Shown in pieces: positions 58,852 through 64,000 of a DNA stretch of 64,000 nt. The first letter of the stretch is position 1. Every line of letters starts with the position of its first letter. Under the pieces are notes generated by a model that searched no databases, was not told where the DNA came from, and worked only from the letters and a program-made list of their open reading frames with translations. The position numbers and the translations under genes were made by a program. The DNA is from Entomortierella parvispora E1425 (Eukaryota > Fungi > Mortierellomycota). The stretch spans positions 1,488,001 through 1,552,000 of the forward strand of contig BQFW01000003.1 of the NCBI GenBank assembly GCA_020891255.1, given 5' to 3'.

Positions 58852-60000
58852 TGTGTAGTTGCAGTGGAGAGGAGAGGTTGGGGTTGGGTGAAAGAATAGA
58901 AAAAGAAAAGAGGAAAGAGAATCGATTTCGCGCGCGGGATACAATGAACCGGGGTATTTATGTGAATTCAATGCCCCTCCATGGGCCCTCCTTCTGTCTT
59001 ATCCAGTCTGAGCCCTCAAGCCTGAAGACCAGCCATGGGTCCGAAGCAGACTGAGTTTTGTGAATGGCCGAGATGAGAGAGAGAGGAATGGATCAGCCCA
59101 TGAGCAAAGAGGCCTTTTTTTTTTCTTCGTATTCTTTTTCAAGGGTTCTTTGTATGTTCGTTTCACCTTCGGGAAGACGCCATGGACGGACTCGACGGTC
59201 GGATTTTTGTACGTGCTCTCATCACCTTGCCTGTAAAAACGGACCCAGCCCATGCATGACGAGCAATTTCATTTCACAGGACAAGTGGGAAAGGGTTTAT
59301 TTGTGTTCATCTTCAACATGGCCAACCTCCAACGCCATACACATGAAAAGGATGACAGAGAGAGAGAACAAGACGGTACTCCTGCTCAAAGGCTCTTACC
59401 TCTCTCTCTCACACACACACACATACACATTCACCTTCTCCTCTTATCTCTCTGTTTCTACCTGCCTCTGTCCTCCCATTTATCTCTTTCTGTGTCTCCT
59501 TCGACATTGATGCCAATAGTAGGCCGGCATTTTCCTCTCAACCACTCTGTGTACAAAGTTGGTCAGTCAGTTCAGAGTTCTTTTTTGTATTCATCCTTTT
59601 TACGCTCGCCTTTCATGAATCCAACGATAAAAAAGATCTCGGACATTGCTGATCGCTATCGTCCGAGGCTCTCAAAAACAAAACAAGAAAGTTCTTCTAG
59701 TTCCAACTTGTCTGACGTCCAAAGAGACCGAAAGAAAAACTGGTGGGGGAAGATGGGAGAAGAGTATGGTGCATATGGCTCTTTTTTTCAAAGTGATCGA
59801 CAGTCCCCCTTGTTTTTCTCTCTCTTCCTTGCAACTTAACCGTCCTAGGCCCACACTAACTGACTGACGTTTTTCATTTATTCATATTATCAAAACTTGA
59901 TATAAAAAAAAAGATAGTGCTTTGGTGTAGGGACTCGCTCAATTGAAAATACTTACAAAGACATTTTCCAAATGAGCGAAAAAAAAGAACTATGAACTAT

Positions 60001-63000
60001 TTACATGTGTCCCTTGGATTGGGGTTGGTTACCCTGCTGACGATGGTTGTTGGTGTAAGCTGTCTCGTTATCCTGGGCAGTTCCATAAGCAGATGGGTTC
60101 AACGGCTCTTGATGTCTCTCAACGACATCGGCATGGGCCTTGGTTCCGGTCGCCACATCATCATCGTCGTAGAAGTCCGTGGTCGTCACGGTCTTGACCC
60201 AGACAACCTCCTCGCCTGGTCCGGCCGTGGGGATGGGTCCATGGTAGGCAGCAGGGACTGAGGCTGCACCAATGGTGGGGCCAGTGGTGGTCGAAGTCGT
60301 GGCGGTCTTGGTACCCATCACGTTAACGGGAGCAGAAGACTGAGTCGCCGAGTAACTGGTCGAGTTGGTGACGGTGTCCTTGGCGGTCGACGCCCTATTT
60401 CCGAGGTAAGCAGCAGTACCAGTTGCAGCGGCGCCAACAGCAGAGGCAGCACCAACGACAGGAGCAGAGATCTTGGAAGACAAGGGCTGAGTCGAAGCAG
60501 TGCTAACTGCAGGGGCATTGTAGGTCGTCGAGGTAGTCTTGACCTGAGGAGTCTGGTAGTTGGTGTTGACCTGAGGAGTCTGGTAGTTGGTGTTAACCTG
60601 AGGAGTCTGGTAGGTGGTGTTCACCTGAGGAGTCTGATAAGTCGTGGTGGTCGAAGCAGAAGGGATCGAGTCCTTGGAAGCGGTAGCCTTGTTGCCAAGG
60701 TAGGCGGCAGTGCCAGTAGCAGCAGCGCCGACAGCAGAGGCGGTACCAACAACAGGAGCAGAGATGTTGGATCCCAAGGGCTGGGTCGAGGTGGTGTTCA
60801 CCTTAGTCTGAGGAAGGGACGTGGAGGCGGTCGAAGAAGGGGTCTTGACATTGGCCTTAGTGTCGTGGTGAGTGACATGGTGAACTGTATCCCTGACAGC
60901 TTCCTTGGCATCCGAGGCTCGTCGACCCAAGTAGGCAGCAGTACCCACAGCAGCAGCGCCAACAGCAGAAGCAGCGCCGACCACAGGCTTGGTGATCCTC
61001 TCAGCCAAAGGATGAGAGGAACGGCGAGCTGGACCAGGGGCGTACTCGGTCACAACAGTCTTCTCAAGGATCGCGTCGGCATGGGGAGCAGTCGACTGAC
61101 CGGTGGAGGTCTTCGAAGGGGTAGAGGTGGTGGTGGTCTGAGTCGCGGTGGGTTTGGGGGTCGTGTTGGGCCTGGTCGACTCAGTCACCGAAGGAGTGTA
61201 AATGGCGGCAGTCGAGTCCATAGTGGCTCCAGAGCTGATGGATGAGGGAGTACCAGTGGACATGTTGTCCTTGGCAGCAGAGGACTTGTTTCCAACATAG
61301 GCTGCGGTTCCGGCAGCAGCAGCGCCGACAGCAGAGGCGGCACCAACGGGAGCTGCAAACTTTTGAGCCAAGGGCCTGGAAGAAGCAGTTTCGATGGTAG
61401 GGCCCGATGGAGTCGAGGTGGTAGTGGTAGTTACCTCCTTCTCGATGTTGCCAGATGCATTCTTGTCTTGGCCGTTCCATCCTTGGTTCAAGGTGGATGT
61501 GGGGCGGACATCGACCTTGGCCGCAGGCTTACCAGCAGTGGCATGGAGATCAGCCTTGGGAGCTCCAGAGGAAGTCAAGTGGGGACTCTCAGGAGTGGTC
61601 ATGGAGTTGGCAGTGTTGGTCACGTTCTTGTTAACAGCATGGGAAGCACCGGTCGCGGCAGCACCAACGGCGCCAACAGAAGCAGCAGTCTTGGCTGCGG
61701 TCGAGTTGAAAATGTTGGAGGAGGTTGTTCCATGGGAGCCAGAGGCGTGGGTAGCCTGGAAGTTGCCAGTCTCAGCATCGATCTCGGCAGCAGAGCTACG
61801 GCGACGGAAAACATTCTTGATCTTATTACCAAGGCCATGGTGCTCCTTGTGCTCCTTGTGTTCCTCAGCGACGTTCTCATGGTCCTTGTACTCGGGCTTC
61901 ATGATAGCAGGAGTGTCGAGGTCAGCGTGATGGACCTTGGGAGTGGCCTGACCAGGGGCAGTGGGTGGGATATCCGTGGTGGACGTGACAGTGTCATTGA
62001 TGGGTGGAGCAGCGAAGGCAGCCGAGGTGGCTCCCATAACGGCGGCGCTGTTGACCTGCTGACCCTTCATGGAGTGAGGCATGTGGGTCTGATTAAGACC
62101 GGTGGAGTGAAGGGGCTCAACATTGGATGACGACACGTTGGTGTTGGCCGAAGGGGTCGAGTAAGTGTTGGTGGTGGTCGAAGGAGTCGAGTACGTGTTG
62201 GTGGTGGTCGAGGGAGTCGAGTAAGTGTTGGCAGTGGCCGAAGGGGTCGAGTAGGTGTTGGTCGTAGTGGTCGAGGAAGGAGCGGCAGACGAATGCTGGC
62301 TCTTCATTGCACCTGTGATACCAGCGCCCATGGCAGTGACACCAGCACCAATTCCGACGCCTCGGGCAGCGGAGCTCGAGGTGGTCGAAGCCGAAGGAAC
62401 GGCGGTGGTGGTAGAGATGGGCCTCGCGTTGATGTTGGCGGTGTTGTTGGTGTTGATGTTGCTGGTCGAAGGAGTCATGGTCGAGGGAGTCATGGTCGTG
62501 GTCGTCGACTTGGTGGCGTTCTAGCAGGATTTAGAATAGGTGAGACAAATCATCAAAAAGCCTAAAAAAAAAATGTTCATACATACCGATTCCAAGGCGG
62601 CAAGCTGGTGAGGGTGGGGGCTGGCATAGACATCCTTGGTAGAGTCCTCATGCGAGACCATCTTTTTGGCAGCGTTCATAGCGGTAGCTCCAGCTGCGGT
62701 GGCACCAGCAACAGCGGTTGTGGCGACGCCTGAAGCGGTCGAGGCGACATTCGAAGCTCCAGAAGCAACAGTGTCGGTCAACGACTTTCCAGTCTGGGAA
62801 GCACCCTGTCCAGCCCCACTGATATGAGTTCTGTTCATAGAATCAACCAAGTGCTCCTTGGCAACCTCGATGTTGGCGCTATCGTAGGGGCTGGGGGTAC
62901 CACCGATGGTGGGACCGGCAACCTCATAGTTAGTGCCGCTGGGGTTCTGGAGGTTAGCGCGCATGGCCGTCGCATTGGGCTGCAGGTTCTGATAAGAAGA

Positions 63001-63108
63001 GGTAGCGATGCGGTCATTGATGTTGTTGGCAGCAGCAGAGCTGTTGTTGCTGTTATAGTTGCTGCTACTATTTTGCCCACGAGGGTTCTGTTCGTTGCTA
63101 CGTTGCAT
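60001..63108 (-). CDS. Large low-complexity S/T/A/G-rich repeat protein (~1013 aa), 2 exons, likely disordered
   Basis: Exons 63108-62587 and 62520-60001 join in phase 0. Repeats: PVVGAASAVGAAATGTAAYLG x4, TYQTPQVN, NTYSTPSTTT. Confidence 0.85.
60541..60648. repeat. 27-bp coding tandem repeat x4
   Basis: (g/a/c)acctgaggagtctggtagttggtgtt units at 60541, 60568, 60595 and 60622. Confidence 0.95.
62141..62260. repeat. 30-bp coding tandem repeat x4
   Basis: gtggtggtcgaaggagtcgagta(a/c/g)gtgttg-like units at 62141, 62171, 62201 and 62231. Confidence 0.9.
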
Positions 63109-63695
63109 CGTAGGTAGTTATTATGTACAATATTTACAGGGTAGGAAGTATGTGAAGGTGAAGGTGATGGAGTATGTATGTAAGTGTGGTCGTAAGAGAG
63201 GGACGAAAGAGAGAGGAACGAAAGAGAGAGAAACAAGTCGTGAAGAAAGGTCGAGAAAAAAATTTCTGGACCTGAGACAATCGACTGTGATTTGCATGGT
63301 TGCAGATCAGAGACAGCCAAACGCGCGCGCTCGTTGATGCATCAACCACTCAGAGGCCAACGCGTACAAACGCGTACTACTTACTGTTCCTTTGTTATGA
63401 TCTTGGTCATGCAATGGGCGTTCGCTAGTCAAGCATCTGCGTTGGTCCTGTCTTTTGGGTCCTGAATCATTGTTGCGTATGCGCCATGATTTTATTATAT
63501 ACAATATTTACAAATGCAAAAGACAGGAGGTGGAGTGTAGAAGTGTAGTTGCTAAGGCAATGGAGAAGCCTGTCGTCAAAAATGAAAAGCAAAAGGAGAG
63601 AAGAGGAGAAGGAAAGAGAAAGAGAGAGAAAGGTAAACGGCACAAGCCTGCATGTGTGAAGACCAAGAGACACCAAACACCCCAGCAACACTGCG

Positions 63696-64000
63696 TTAAA
63701 AGTAGCCGCCACTGGCAGTTTGCTGTTGCTGAGCTGCCTGCTCCTGCAGTTTTTGCAGTCGCCTCTGACCATATGCGCCAAGGTCTTTGGTGCTGTTGCT
63801 AGATTTCAACAAGGCTGGTGAAGAAGCTGACGGTGTGAGTGGCTGTCGCTGTCGGAAGGTGCTCTTAGGTGTAGGGAGAGGTGGTGGGGGTTCGGTATCA
63901 ATGTTATCCCGGTAAGCTCGTTGACCACGATGAGGGGATCGGGCACGCGTGCTCCCCAGGTGGCTAATCTGGGCCACCAAAGCATCCTGGCTACGCTTTC
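63696..64000 (-). CDS. 3' end of a gene running off the window (P/Q-rich C-terminus)
   Basis: ORF ...PPPPLPTPKS...LQEQAAQQQQTASGGYF*, open toward the window edge. Confidence 0.5.
   Translation of the reverse strand, partial: KRSQDALVAQISHLGSTRARSPHRGQRAYRDNIDTEPPPPLPTPKSTFRQRQPLTPSASSPALLKSSNSTKDLGAYGQRRLQKLQEQAAQQQQTASGGYF

Noticed and set aside
60541-62260. CRISPR-like array
   Set aside because: The 27-bp and 30-bp units are contiguous, lack spacers, are multiples of 3 and lie inside a coding exon

Overview
Eukaryotic fungal genomic DNA, most likely Mortierellaceae or another early-diverging fungus (inferred from ~50% GC, 70-120 nt GT-AG introns, many poly-A/T tracts and intronless F-box/RNI-like genes). 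The first ~9.7 kb is an accessory, mobile-element-like block. It holds an intact 7-exon Fanzor (eukaryotic TnpB-family RNA-guided nuclease, ~1578 aa, all three RuvC acidic residues present), an orphan 743-aa membrane/mucin-like ORF with a second overlapping frame, and a divergent decayed Crypton-type tyrosine recombinase. The rest is mostly housekeeping genes: dynein LC8, uL23m, UTP15, LIN1/CD2BP2, YCF1-like ABCC, NCA2, CTF8, AKTIP, GGT, an LRR protein, a mut-7-like exonuclease, DUS3, a pathogen-related protein and a large repetitive disordered protein, interspersed with F-box/LRR genes and pseudogenes. Three dispersed non-coding loci (~17.4 kb +, ~33.7 kb -, ~41.2 kb +) share AGTGACC-N9/11-GGTATAAAAG, then a stem-loop, an Sm-site-like AUUUUUG/AUUUGG and a CCUCGGU-initiated hairpin. 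They are candidates for an unannotated Sm-class small RNA family. No tRNA, rRNA or CRISPR array was seen. All homology calls are by motif recognition only; no database search was run.
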